NCBI RefSeq assembly: GCF_902652985.1
Contig: NC_047030.1
Location: 12,338,001 to 12,402,000 of the forward strand
DNA: 64,000 nt
DNA from: Pecten maximus
Taxonomy: Eukaryota
Direction of reading: 5' to 3'
Positions 54,701 to 64,000 of the stretch are shown piece after piece. The notes beneath the pieces are model-generated. The model was not told the origin of the DNA. It made no database searches and saw only the letters and a program-made list of their open reading frames with translations. Positions within the stretch are counted from its first letter, which is position 1. Each line of letters begins with the position of its first letter. The position numbers and the translations under genes were made by a program.

Positions 54701-57700
54701 GCACTGTCGCTCACCAAGTCTTAGCGCTGTTTACTCTGATTAAAGGCGAATCCCCCTGTTATGTTGATGGATTACATTCTTTATCCTGCTTATTTTCTCA
54801 AGAACAAAAGACTATTTATTGATCTGATGTCAAGAGGAGCCGAGGCCTCCCAATCATCCCAGCTACATACAGATATGACAGTCAGATCAGAGAGCCATGC
54901 CTCCATGTTCCTAACCTTGTGCACAATGCATGAAAATAAGCGATATGTCGCCATTCAATTACAAAGCCTTATCAAACAGTACAACTACAGCCTTCCGTTG
55001 TGTTCCATGGATCAGACCTTCCCACACTTGACATTCATAGCCAACATATTGAATTCTCAGTGTCATTATACACATCACATCAAACCTCTGGTATCCACAT
55101 CTTACAATGACTGCCATAGGTTGTCATGGTTACTAAAGAAATATCCATACATTTTATGTGATGAAGATCATAAATTTGTTGCCAAACAGTCTATGAGGAA
55201 TCCATATATTTTATTGTCCAACCTATCACTGTTCACGTGTCAATCCTAAATCAATTTTTAAATCAGATTTATGGAACTGAATCATTTAAACTGGCGGGCT
55301 GGTAGGCTCTATGTGAAGAAACACAAGCACTGGGAGTTTGTCAAAAGAAGCATGTCATTCTTATTTTTTTTAACTTTATATCACGATAATAAAATTCATG
55401 CAAATTACATCATAAAGTATTCTGTGTATTAAAGCTCTGGCTGTCCCAATTATCTCATTCAAGAGTCACATAATACCTTACATTTATTGATGTGTGAAGC
55501 AATAAAGAATAACTTATTTCACTAATTAACACAGACAGAACAATAGTCACACAGGAAGATACAAGGTCACAGCAATGTCATGACTGGCAGTAATGTCAAG
55601 GTCAAACCAGCCAACATCCAGGACAATGTCACAGAAGAGGAGGTAAGGGTCAGAAAAGGTCACATAAGCTTAAGGTCAGATAAGGCAGTGAAGATCAGAC
55701 AAGGTCATACAAGGACAGACAAAGTCACACCTGGACAGACAAAGTCACACACGGACAGACAAAGTCACACCTGGACAGACAAAGTCACACACGGACAGAC
55801 AAAGTCACACCTGGACAGACAAAGTCACACCAGGACAGACAAAGTCACACACGGACAGACAAAGTCACACCTGGACAGACAAAGTCACACCTGGACAGAC
55901 AAAGTCACACCAGGACAGACAAAGTCACACCTGGACAGACAAAGTCACACACGGACAGACAAAGTCACACACAGACAAAGTCACACACGGACAAAGTCAC
56001 ACACGGACAAAGTCACACAAGGACAGACAAAGTCACACACGGTCAGACAAAGTCACACACGGACAGACAAAGTCACACGGACAGACAAAGCTACACATGG
56101 TCATATATCAGGTAGCAGTTAAAGCATTGTTTTCAACTTAATAAAATAAAAAAATCTTGTAATTATCTTTTTTTTTCTCTTTTTTTTTTGAGGATGTGAC
56201 TGAACAAATTATTGAAGCACCTGGGCAATTAAAAAAATATGTGCCATAATCAAACCTCCAAAGGTCTCGCACACTTTTTGACTGCAGTCGACCACTGAAA
56301 ACGATAATATCTAACAAGAAAGATGAAATAATTTTTTTGCACTTCATAGTTGAATATAATGGACTGCACATACACTGTGATGACAGTGTTTGATGTGATA
56401 GATGTATGTCTATCAGACAAGGAAATCAGGCACAAACAAGCTTACTATCTCAGCCTAATGTTCTTAATGTTCCTGTTGTATTTTATCAGAGGAGCTTTAA
56501 GTCCCTCAAAAGGATGTAAATAAGATTAAGGACTTACAAATCGTTTTCAACACGATACAACACAAACTCGTGACGATGGGTGTTCATGATATATTGAGTT
56601 AAAAACACTAACATGCCATGTGCTAAATAAAACGCAGAGAACATCAAACTAGGTCTGAGAAACAACATACACCATTAGTAGTAAAGACAAATGAATCGTC
56701 CTCTAGGTGTTGGACAACCTGAAAAGACATTACATCCTTGAGCATGTCCATCCATCATGTCACACTTACCTGGATCTCGCCTCTTACCTGGTCTTACACT
56801 GTGTCTATATCCTACCTGTACTTCTTACCTTTATACTTATCTATTATTACCATGATGAGAAGCAGACTTCACTGACAAATTAGGATTACTAATTAAGACA
56901 TAAGCTGTCAAGTCTGACACAGGTATAATTTGTTACCTGGGCATGACTGACAGATATATGTCACGCTTAAGACACATCTACTGTCAGCATTTTTATAAAG
57001 TACATATCTACCATCAGGGATTTTACCAAATACATATCTACTGTCAGGGATTTTACTGAATACATATCTACTGTCAGGGATTTTACCAAATACATATCTA
57101 CTGTCAGGGATTTTATAATGTACATATCTACTGTCAGGGATTTTATAAAGTACATATCTACTGTCAGGGATTTTACCGAATACATATCTACTGTCAGGGA
57201 TTTTACCAAATACATTTTTACTGTCAGGGATTTTACCAAATACATATCTACCATCAGGGATTTTACCAAATACATTTTTACTGTCAGGGATTTTACCAAA
57301 TACATATCTACTGTCAGGGATTTTACCAAATACATATCTACTGTCAGGGATTTTACCAAATACATATCTACTGTCAGGGATTTTACCAAATACATATCTA
57401 CTATCAGGGATTTTACCGAATACATATCTACTGAATATTTATCTACTGCCAGGGATTTTGAATACTAATACTGTTAGATATCTACCGTTAAAAGTTTGTA
57501 TACCAAATACATATCAATTATCAAGGGTTTAATATATACCAAATATACATCAGATCACACTGTTTAGGTATACGAGTTGGCCAGTCTAGGAGAAATACTG
57601 GGGACAATTCTCTGTAGATATTACAGTCTACTATTGTAACAGGTGTGTGATGGTCATGCAGTCTAGGAAAAATACTGGGGACAAATTAAACAGTCTACTT

Positions 57701-60700
57701 TTGTAACAGGTGTGTAATGGTCAGTCTAGGAGAAATACTGGGGACAAATTACACAGTCTACTATTGTAACAGGTGTGTGATGGTCAGTCTAGGAAAAATA
57801 CTGGGGACAAATTAAACAGTCTACTTTTGTAACAGGTGTGTGATGGTCAGTCTAGGAGAAATATTAGCTACTGTAGGCACTAGAAAGTGTATATACCTGT
57901 GTACTGTTGTATGTGGTAGCTTATCACAATGATCCACCCAACAATGGGTAAGTTATGAGGGCCGGGTCTGATCTGATTAAGGCTGTATACAAACTAACAC
58001 CCCCTAAAGTAGTCTCAATACAAAGTTTACACAATATTACAGTCCTTAGATCAGCATGAATACTGGGCTTATAGCCCACTGTTTGTTAAACGACACAGAT
58101 CAACTAAAACACGTTGAGCAGGGACATTTACGAGACAAACAGCTCAATGAAAGCATTCCTTATCTACTTGATAAAAAGTGTACTCCAAACTTTGAGGGCA
58201 AACAAAGGTGGTGAATAGCTGTGATAACACACAGCCCTGGAAACACAGTACTAGTCAATTGTAGATATTCAAGTGGCCTGGCTGGCCAGGCACCGGTCGG
58301 TTGACATATCAGTTGATTAATATGGAGGCACTATAGAAAGCTACCTATAGTCAAAATGTGCGAGGTGTGATTCCAAGAGTTACTTCCCTTGGTATGGTGT
58401 TGGATTTGGTACACTGATTGCTCCTGAATCCCATTCTGTTGATGTTATACTGTTAGTCTAGGACTACTATATTGTGATATAAAAATGTAACAAAGCAGGT
58501 TTAAAGGAAACAAAATTGGAGAAATTATCTCTTAATTGCTTTAAGTCTACCCAGCCATTCATTTTTAGTTGAAAATCGTACCCTTTCCATATAGGACTCC
58601 TACTCACTGTCAATTGAGATGATGGTATTGTGTGACAATGGGACAACACTCTCTATACCAGGAAAGGGTTGAAGCACTATAGGGATTGTCAGTCTCAACA
58701 GCCAGGAGAAACTTTGGAGATATAGAGGGAGGAAATTTAGACCTATTGTCTCCCAAAAATACCAATATCTACATCCTTAATAATTGGAGGCAGTTCCAGT
58801 CCATAGAGACATTAACAATACTTAAGTTTTGTTCACTTCACAATATCTCTGCCATATTAACTACAGACAGCTGATTTCAGAGACTGACATGCTGTAAATA
58901 GAAAGTCAGACAGCTGATTTCAGAGACCGACATGCTGTAAATAGAAAGTCAGACAGCTGATTTCAGAGACCGACATGCTGTAAATAGAAAGTCAGACAGC
59001 TGATTTCAGAGACGGACATGCTGTAAATAGAAAGTCAGACAGCTGATTTCAGAGACGGACATGCTGTAAATAGAAAGTCAGACAGCTGATTTCAGAGACA
59101 GACTTCTGTATCTAGAGACATTTGATTTCAGAGACAGACTTCTGTATCTAGAGACAGTTGATTTCAGAGACAGCTGATTTCAGAGACGGACATGCTGTAA
59201 ATAGAAAGTCAGACAGCTGATTTCAGAGACAGACTTCTGTATCTAGAGACAGTATCTAGAGACAGCGGATTTCAGAGACAGACTTCTGTATCTAGAGAGA
59301 GTTGATTTCAGAGACAGACTTCTGTATCTAGAGACAGTTGATTTCAGAGACAGACATGCTGTATCTAGAGAGAGCTGATTTCAGAGACAGACTTCTGTAT
59401 CTAAAGAGAGTTGATTTCAGAGACAGACTTCTGTATCTAGAGAGAGTTGATTTCAGAGACAGACTTCTGTATCTAGAGACAGTTGATTTCAGAGACAGAC
59501 TTCTGTATCTAGAGACAGTTGATTTCAGAGACCGACTTCTGTATCTAGAGAGAATTGATTTCAGAGACAGACTTCTGTATCTAGAGACAGTTGATTTCAA
59601 TGACAGACTTCTGTATCTAGAGAGAGTTGATTTCAGAGACAGACTTCTGTATCTAGAGACAGTTGACTTCATTTAGGATTTCAAACCACACTTAAAGCAA
59701 ACAAATGGATAAATCAAAAGATGTTAACAGATTTCATAGAACTATAGTGAGCTGGAAAGTTAGAATGGCCATAGAAAGTTATCCACCTACTCAAATTGAT
59801 TTGATGTAAAATGCAGGCTAGTCATTCCGGCTGTCCCACAGCCATGCTTGTGGCGGTGTTTAGTGTGGTCAGTCAGGTGTGACATGGGAAACCAATGGAG
59901 CATATAGTTCATTAGCTCACCATTAAGATATCAAACGGAGGGCGGAAATCATCAAATTTGATCTCAATGCAAGGCATTAAAGATATGAATGGTGGAGATT
60001 ATACCAATCATTACAAACTAAATCTACCATATATCCAACTGTACGACCATCCGCAATTCTTTATCAGTAAAGGGACATCACTCATGCAACATGTTATTCA
60101 AATTCCCATTTACTGGCTTTCAATACAGCATTTGCATATTACATTCTCATTGATTTGTACAATCTCTTGTGAGCCGTTTGGTTGACAGGACTAAACTCAG
60201 ATTATAAAACGTCTAACCGGCAATTGTTCACAGAGGACGGCCCTGTACTGATGACTATACAAACAGATACTGACACGTCAGTACCACAGGGTTTGTGTAA
60301 CAGAGTCAAAAGACAAAGGGCTTCAAACATCACCTCATGCTGTAACTCATAAACAAGACTCTATATACACACAGGCAAGCATGGCTATCTAAACAAACAT
60401 ATAATGGCCATTTATATAGACAATCTAAATTAAAAATTAAAAATTCATTTCGTAACTAAGAGCATGTTGGCCCACACAACAGATTGTTAATGGGTGTGAT
60501 ATATGATACAGGGACATCAACAGCCAAAGGAGTATAATATTGAATATCTGTGAATATCAATACTATTATACAGCATGCTTTGTTAGATAGTATCATAATA
60601 CACACATCACAGCTTAACTCAATCTACAAAAAATATCTTCAATTTCTTGGACATCAATAGGAAAACATCTGTCAAATATTTGTTTTTCATTGCAATGCTT

Positions 60701-61086
60701 TACGGATATCAAAATATCCCATCTATTGTTATAACCATACATAGGGCTGTGCACTTCAAATCACAAATCAGTATATTCCAGATATGGGGTCAGCATAATT
60801 TTGATTTCAGGAGGAGTCCACAGCAAAGTATAATCAGTGAGAAATACAATATGATCATCAGAGCAAGGGCCAATCACTTGTTCTAGTTTTTGTATGGAAC
60901 TGTTCCAACATGCATTATTAAACAGATTTTCTGTAATGAACTATAACACAGACGGTTGTGTCACTGTGCTTTAATCACGAAACAATATATAACTAAAACA
61001 CTCACCGTTTCTTTATGAGGAAGAAGTTCCTTTCGGATCTTGAAGAAGTTCTTGCCATACTGACGGAGACCTTTGATGAAACGTTT
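12663..61086 (-). CDS. RERE: RERE/Atrophin (Grunge-like) transcriptional corepressor, multi-exon, 5'-incomplete. join(complement): 61006-61086, 37722-37854, 36396-36497, 26451-26677, 26121-26279, 25691-25777, 25447-25539, 20862-22300, 20313-20460, 19478-19643, 17687-17792, 17347-17474, 16788-16997, 15484-15801, 13255-13439, 12663-12755
   Basis: All exons are bounded by AG/GT and all phases are compatible; the sum is 3675 nt ending in TGA. Peptides match the RERE/Atrophin family: [44 protein letters not shown] finger CRHC-x18-[22 protein letters not shown] repeats, [17 protein letters not shown]. Confidence 0.96.
13255..13439 (-). CDS. RERE: RERE penultimate coding exon (ADPLASG...[23 protein letters not shown])
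   Basis: gcttttcag| ... CAG|gtaggt, 185 nt, phase 1-0. Confidence 0.92.
15261..15431 (-). CDS. RERE: Candidate alternative (possibly mutually exclusive) RERE exon: (D)[56 protein letters not shown]
   Basis: Branch-like ctctaat plus ttgtcgttacag| acceptor and |gtaagt donor; 171 nt, open in the phase 1-1 frame; only 52 nt from the preceding donor. Confidence 0.55.
15484..15801 (-). CDS. RERE: RERE exon with [23 protein letters not shown] repeat and poly-Ala
   Basis: tacgtgtag| ... CAG|gtaagc, 318 nt, phase 1-1; conserved atrophin His-X motif. Confidence 0.94.
16788..16997 (-). CDS. RERE: RERE exon ([10 protein letters not shown]...[13 protein letters not shown])
   Basis: ctgtttag| ... TAG|gtaggc, 210 nt, phase 1-1. 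Confidence 0.92.
17347..17474 (-). CDS. RERE: RERE exon, Arg-Glu dipeptide repeats ([26 protein letters not shown]...)
   Basis: atttcag| ... CAG|gtaatt, 128 nt, phase 2-1. Confidence 0.94.
17687..17792 (-). CDS. RERE: RERE exon ([34 protein letters not shown]); not in the ORF track
   Basis: gttttgacag| ... AAG|gtacca, 106 nt, phase 1-2; required to bridge the flanking phases. Confidence 0.9.
18058..18965 (+). ncRNA. Tandem array of 19 minimal type I hammerhead ribozyme motifs (~49-nt unit)
   Basis: Consensus ACATCA-CTGA(C/T)GA-GTCC-tagaa-GGAC-GAAAC-agct-GTA^TGATGT-cccta. Stem I ACAUCA/UGAUGU, core CUGAnGA, stem II GUCC/GGAC, GAAA, palindromic stem III ACAGCUGU, GUA cleavage triplet. A perfect copy is at 18499-18542. 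Confidence 0.88.
19258..19479. repeat. Perfect 111-bp tandem duplication including a RERE splice donor
   Basis: 19258-19368 equals 19369-19479. Confidence 0.93.
19478..19643 (-). CDS. RERE: RERE exon containing the Atro-box ([16 protein letters not shown])
   Basis: ttgtgcag| ... CG|gtaagt, 166 nt, phase 0-1; carries the ALxxLxxY motif known to bind NR2E (Tailless/TLX) receptors. Confidence 0.94.
19977..20212. mobile_element. MITE-like element with TACTGT...ACAGTA imperfect TIRs
   Basis: tactgtataatgggaagctgtt vs reverse complement of the right end tactgtgtgatgggaaactttt (18/22); TA ends; internal 40-bp duplication. Confidence 0.6.
20313..20460 (-). CDS. RERE: RERE exon, atrophin domain ([32 protein letters not shown]...)
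   Basis: ccccatag| ... |gtaagt, 148 nt, phase 2-0; resembles the atrophin RG.NSC.R.D..F.P...SKLA+KR motif. Confidence 0.92.
20862..22300 (-). CDS. RERE: RERE large Pro/Ser/His-rich low-complexity exon
   Basis: ctgttccag|GATGAC ... GCATT|gtaagt, 1439 nt, phase 0-2; corresponds to ORF 20858..22363. Confidence 0.93.
22843..23455. repeat. 42-bp minisatellite (accctggttaccaatctctgtagaccaccattagccctataa)
   Basis: About 14 tandem copies. Confidence 0.93.
23685..24983. mobile_element. 35-bp satellite array (23760-24945) enclosed by perfect 18-bp inverted repeats; MITE-like
   Basis: aaacctgactttactgac 23685-23702 and gtcagtaaagtcaggttt 24966-24983; unit gtcggatgatacagtcacagttctgtatggatacg. Confidence 0.6.
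25447..25539 (-). CDS. RERE: RERE exon, acidic ([31 protein letters not shown])
   Basis: ttattcacag| ... CAG|gtatgg, 93 nt, phase 0-0. Confidence 0.88.
25691..25777 (-). CDS. RERE: RERE exon, Lys-rich NLS-like ([29 protein letters not shown])
   Basis: ttcattacag| ... GAG|gtatta, 87 nt, phase 0-0. Confidence 0.88.
25875..26126. repeat. ~75-bp tandem repeat (3+ copies) overlapping a RERE donor site
   Basis: atgacctagatatactgaccttgacctgtaaacccaatctctataacacataa... repeated. Confidence 0.85.
26121..26279 (-). CDS. RERE: RERE exon, basic/Ser-rich (TKGKRKER...GRKSPST...)
   Basis: ttgttgcag| ... AAG|gtcagt, 159 nt, phase 0-0; an alternative in-frame donor lies 6 nt earlier (26127). Confidence 0.85.
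26451..26677 (-). CDS. RERE: RERE exon, second half of GATA finger ([27 protein letters not shown]...[10 protein letters not shown]...MRTR)
   Basis: ttattgcag| ... |gtgagt, 227 nt, phase 1-0. Confidence 0.95.
27062..27639. repeat. 70-bp minisatellite built from two related ~35-bp halves
   Basis: About 8 copies. Confidence 0.92.
27649..27847 (-). mobile_element. tRNA-derived SINE, second copy, with 9-bp target-site duplication ACTGTATGT
   Basis: A-box remnant tggttaagg, B-box gttcgaaacc, V-like core; TSD at 27640-27648 and 27848-27856. Confidence 0.88.
28600..29100. repeat. 34-bp minisatellite (ttattcttgttaactattacatcatcacaaggac)
   Basis: About 14 copies. Confidence 0.93.
30700..35180. repeat. 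4.5-kb satellite, ~46-50-bp unit (tagtgtctcagggtccccacctatagttctacagggccatccccttctt)
   Basis: About 90 highly similar tandem copies. Confidence 0.97.
35785..36225. repeat. 40-bp minisatellite
   Basis: gtcccagtcttgttggaacagtccatgtaccaatataggt, about 11 copies. Confidence 0.94.
36396..36497 (-). CDS. RERE: RERE exon, acidic stretch and first half of GATA finger ([11 protein letters not shown]...[10 protein letters not shown])
   Basis: ttctgtag| ... |gtaaga, 102 nt, phase 1-1. Confidence 0.94.
36514..36760. repeat. ~29-bp repeat containing AGGTCA-n4-AGGTCA (DR4), abutting a RERE acceptor
   Basis: aaggtcatccaaggtcaac at 36542 and 36571, plus variants. Confidence 0.85.
37722..37854 (-). CDS. 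RERE: RERE exon, end of SANT plus basic linker ([14 protein letters not shown]...RPTSSDF)
   Basis: tcgcag| ... |gtaagt, 133 nt, phase 0-1; follows a 23.15 kb intron. Confidence 0.95.
38215..38345. repeat. Short ~48-bp tandem repeat, 3 copies
   Basis: aatcacaggtataatgtgtaaggtagcata repeated. Confidence 0.85.
39430..40228. repeat. Palindrome-rich tandem repeat, ~84-bp units with ~180-bp higher order
   Basis: ggggctccctaaaggagatctagatctg...ctctactagaggtctagagcctgaa repeated. Confidence 0.9.
40362..40625. repeat. 63-bp minisatellite, 4 copies
   Basis: Explains ORFs 40294..40629 and 40398..40643. Confidence 0.92.
42450..42570 (-). mobile_element. Old degenerate SINE with V-like core
   Basis: ggaaactgaagtacccagagaaaaccc and gggaatcaaaccc are decayed core and B-box reverse complements. 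Confidence 0.55.
44095..45175. repeat. 35-bp minisatellite (ctccagacaacaccattagagtgtgagagatgatt)
   Basis: About 30 copies. Confidence 0.95.
45914..47075. repeat. 43-bp minisatellite (acagatggacggacagacaccccacttccagtacaccatgttt)
   Basis: About 26 copies; stop-free in all three + frames, which produces the 431/327/199-aa ORFs. Confidence 0.95.
49158..49400 (-). mobile_element. Degenerate SINE 3' part running directly into the 37-bp satellite
   Basis: tttaacgtcccatcaacagctaaagtcatttaggacg resembles the tail of the SINEs at 6371 and 27649 (tttaacgtcctattaacagccagggtcatttaaggacg); the body differs. Confidence 0.6.
49397..50986. repeat. 37-bp satellite (aactaccattgttatactctggtattgttacaaccct)
   Basis: About 43 near-identical copies. 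Confidence 0.96.
55695..56095. repeat. 20-bp minisatellite (ggacagacaaagtcacacct/ac)
   Basis: About 20 copies. Confidence 0.94.
56972..57460. repeat. 30-bp minisatellite (tacatatctactgtcagggattttaccaaa)
   Basis: About 16 copies. Confidence 0.94.
57583..57865. repeat. ~63-bp tandem repeat, 4 copies
   Basis: cagtctaggagaaatactggggacaaatt...gtaacaggtgtgtgatggt. Confidence 0.88.
58864..59670. repeat. Composite minisatellite: 44-bp units changing to 36-bp units sharing tgatttcagagac
   Basis: Tandem copies; explains ORFs 59328/59338. Confidence 0.92.
61006..61086 (-). CDS. RERE: RERE exon, SANT domain ([27 protein letters not shown]); not in the ORF track
   Basis: ctttacag|AAACGT...GAAACG|gtgagt, 81 nt, phase 0-0; near-identical to the RERE SANT sequence. 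Confidence 0.96.
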
Positions 61087-62034
61087 CTGTAAAGAGATAG
61101 AAGTAGAATGATCACAATGCTACAAGTGATGGGTGGTGTATTGGTCAGCCATGCGTTCCTTTATTAGCTATAGGTTCATACCAGTTGTATTGGTACAAAT
61201 CTGCTGTATCTATAATGGAGCGTGCCATACCAGAAGAAATGAACAAGTTTGTGTGGTTCATTTTCTGAATCGTACCACATTGATCCAAGATTGCAGAACA
61301 AGGTGCTTCTATGTTTTGCAATTTACTTTTTGTTAAAAACGAGAATCTTCATCAGCCCACAGAATTGTAAAGGTTACATATAAACATATATGATGAAACT
61401 ATTGAGGCATCAGTTTACACCCACTACATTACTAAAAGGCGAAATGATGAATTTTATCTTTGAAACATATATTTGTTGCAAACATAGAAATTAACATGAG
61501 ATTCCGTTTTGTTCCATCACATGGTGCTGTAAATTTCAGCTTTAATTTTTCTGACAGACAGGCCTAGTCTCTTTTAACACACACTATAATAGTGTATACT
61601 ATGTCAATTTTTATTGTGTGCTTTGTTAGCATATATGTACATTACACTTTGATAGTGTTTTAATTTATTCTTAACGAGAGTGAGAGTGAGAGTTACAATA
61701 GTCCATTATTAAACTATTTTTAGTATAAATATGAAACTGTGATAGAGCTATAATTTAAATTTGTTACTATTTATGCATGTACTGTGATCATGTTGATTTT
61801 ACTTTTGTTTGTCGCAAGAATAGCACTACAGTGCTAATGTTGACTTGTTGTATAATATGGGACTTTAAATAAAATTTCTTGACTCTTGACCTATTCAGTA
61901 TAACTGGTACGGCCAGATAAAGGAACACTTAGTATGTAGACAACAAACAAGATGTATCTTCAAAATCCAGTGCTCTGCCCTTGATAAGAATATATTTCCT
62001 AAAATCAAACCCTCCCCAATAAAATCTACAGTAT

Positions 62035-62285
62035 TCCTCCTCAAATAAACCCCTTTCCCTAGCTCTGAGGTTTGGGGAGAGCTGTTCCTCCTTTAATAAA
62101 CCCCTTCTTCTAGCTCTGAAGTTTGGGGAGAGCTTTTCCTCCTCAAATAAACCCTTCCCCTAGCTCTGAGGTTTGGGGAGAGCTTTTCCTCCTCAAATAA
62201 ACCCTTCCCCTAGCTCTGGAGTTTGGGGAGAGCTTTTCCTCCTCAAATAAACCCTTCTTCTAGCTCTGAAGTTTGGGGAGAGCTT
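62035..62285. repeat. ~50-bp tandem repeat, 5 copies
   Basis: cctcctcaaataaacccttcccctagctctgaggtttggggagagctttt. Confidence 0.9.
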
Positions 62286-62944
62286 ATTTGTGTACTACCT
62301 TTTGGTTACTGATATGAAATTCTGATTTGTTCATTTAAAATATGGTAATTTCACACATTGGACTGTCACGGCTAAACATATGCCTTGGCTATGGAAATAC
62401 CAATTCTAAAGAACAAAACTCAAGAAAACGTAGGTAAGGTGATGGCAGAATAGTTGTTTATATAGATATAGGAGTAGGCAATTATTCTAGAGACTGTAGT
62501 AGAATTTCCATAGCCCAACACACTTATATTATATACGATGGTAAACGTATTACTGTTCCAAGGCCAGCAAACAGTAACAGCTAATAGATACAAGGAAATT
62601 GATGAATCATTTCTCCAGCAGTGACACAATGGTTTTTGCATTTATAGCGATGAAACTCAAGCTTATAATCTATTTCCTAACGGATGTTGTCATTTACAGA
62701 ATTAAACATTCGCATTGGAATGAGAATTAATCAACAATCATTAAATATCCCAGGCAGTCTTTAGATGACTGATGATCAAAAGGAATTGGAGATACATTTT
62801 GAGAGAAGATATACATCAGGATTACCAATTTCTTACACAAGACAAACAGTTTTACGTTGTCTTTACAATCTTAACCTTTAATAAAGATGGCATTACCAAG
62901 CTTACACACATATAAAACCTTCCTTTAGCAGTGGATTGGACTGA

Positions 62945-63830
62945 GTGGAGCTCTTTAGTATGGAGGTGTATTTATATTGGGTAATTATTTTTTATGAAGG
63001 AACATTTAGACTTGGTAGAGCTCTTTTTTTATGAGGGTACATTTTGATTGGGTAGAGCTCTTTTTTTATGAAGGTACATTTAGATTGGGATATACAGCTC
63101 TTTAGTACGGAGGTGTATTTGGATTGGGATATAGAGCTCTTTAGTACGGAGGTGTATTTGGATTGGGCAGAGCTCTTTTTTTATGAAGGTACATTTGGAT
63201 TGGGATATAGAGCACTTTAGTACGGAGTTGTATTTGTATTGGGTAGAGCTCTTTTTTATGAAGGTACATTTTGATTGGGATATAGAGCTCTTTAGTACGG
63301 AGTTGTATTTGGATTGGGAAGAGCTCTTTTTTATGAATGTACATTTGCATTGGGATATAGAGCTCTTTAGTACGGAGGTGTATTTGGATTGGGAAGAGCT
63401 CTTTTTTATGAATGTACATTTGCATTGGGATATAGAGCTCTTTAGTACGGAGTTGTATTTGGATTGGGAAGAGCTCTTTTTTATGAATGCACATTTGCAT
63501 TGGGATATAGAGCTCTTTAGTACGGAGGTGTATTTGGATTGGGAAGAGCTCTTTTTTATGAATGTACATTTTGATTGCGGTATAGAGCTCTTTAGTACGG
63601 AGGTGTATTTGTATTGGGTAGAGCTCTTTTTTATGAATGTACATTTGCATTGGGATATAGAGCTCTTTAGTACGGAGTTGTATTTGGATTGGGAAGAGCT
63701 CTTTTTTATGAAGGTACATTTGGATTGGGATATAGAGCTCTTTAGTACGGAGGTGTATTTGGATTGGGAAGAGCTCTTTTAACAAAGATTCATTGGATTA
63801 GGTAGAGCTCTTATTTTGTGATGGTAAATT
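62945..63830. repeat. 78-bp dimeric minisatellite (two related ~39-bp halves)
   Basis: gattgggaagagctcttttttatgaatgtacattt / gcattgggatatagagctctttagtacggaggtgtatttg alternating. Confidence 0.93.
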
Positions 63831-64000
63831 TGGACTGGGCACAACCCTTTATTTTACGGAGGTACATTTGGATCGGGTAGCTAGAACTCTATAGCATGAA
63901 GGTACATTAAGTTGACAGAGCTTAATGCCCCATGTGTTTGTTTGTACATGTTGTGATCGTGATTATTGTGTTGTCGGTGTTTGTTCTCCTGTATACCCAG

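Noticed and set aside
55580-63785. Repetitive ORFs at 55580, 56967, 57118, 59328, 59338, 63141 and 63183
   Set aside because: All coincide with minisatellites.

Overview
Eukaryotic, AT-rich, repeat-dense animal genomic DNA. The repeat types (V-core tRNA-SINEs, a Helentron/HINE-type element) suggest a bivalve mollusc; this is an inference. The window is dominated by one minus-strand gene, the RERE/Atrophin (Grunge) orthologue. I reconstructed 16 phase-consistent GT-AG coding exons from 61086 (SANT domain) to the stop at 12663, totalling 3675 nt or about 1224 aa. They encode the SANT C-terminal part, a GATA-type zinc finger, a Pro/Ser/His-rich region, the Atro-box ALxxLxxY, RE repeats and the HX repeat. 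The 5' exons (BAH/ELM2) lie beyond the window end. The 3' UTR probably runs to an AATAAA near 9480. Introns carry about 25 unrelated minisatellites, SINEs and MITE-like elements, which explain most ORFs in the supplied track. Most striking non-coding finding: a 0.9 kb intronic array (18058-18965, + strand, antisense to RERE) of 19 tandem ~49-nt units, each essentially a minimal type I hammerhead ribozyme (CUGAnGA / stem II / GAAAC-palindrome-GUA), about 7 with an intact core. Other notable items: a hidden frame-preserving exon only 52 nt from the HX-repeat exon (candidate mutually exclusive exon), a 111-bp duplication that copies a splice donor, a satellite enclosed by perfect 18-bp inverted repeats, and a satellite that grows out of a SINE.
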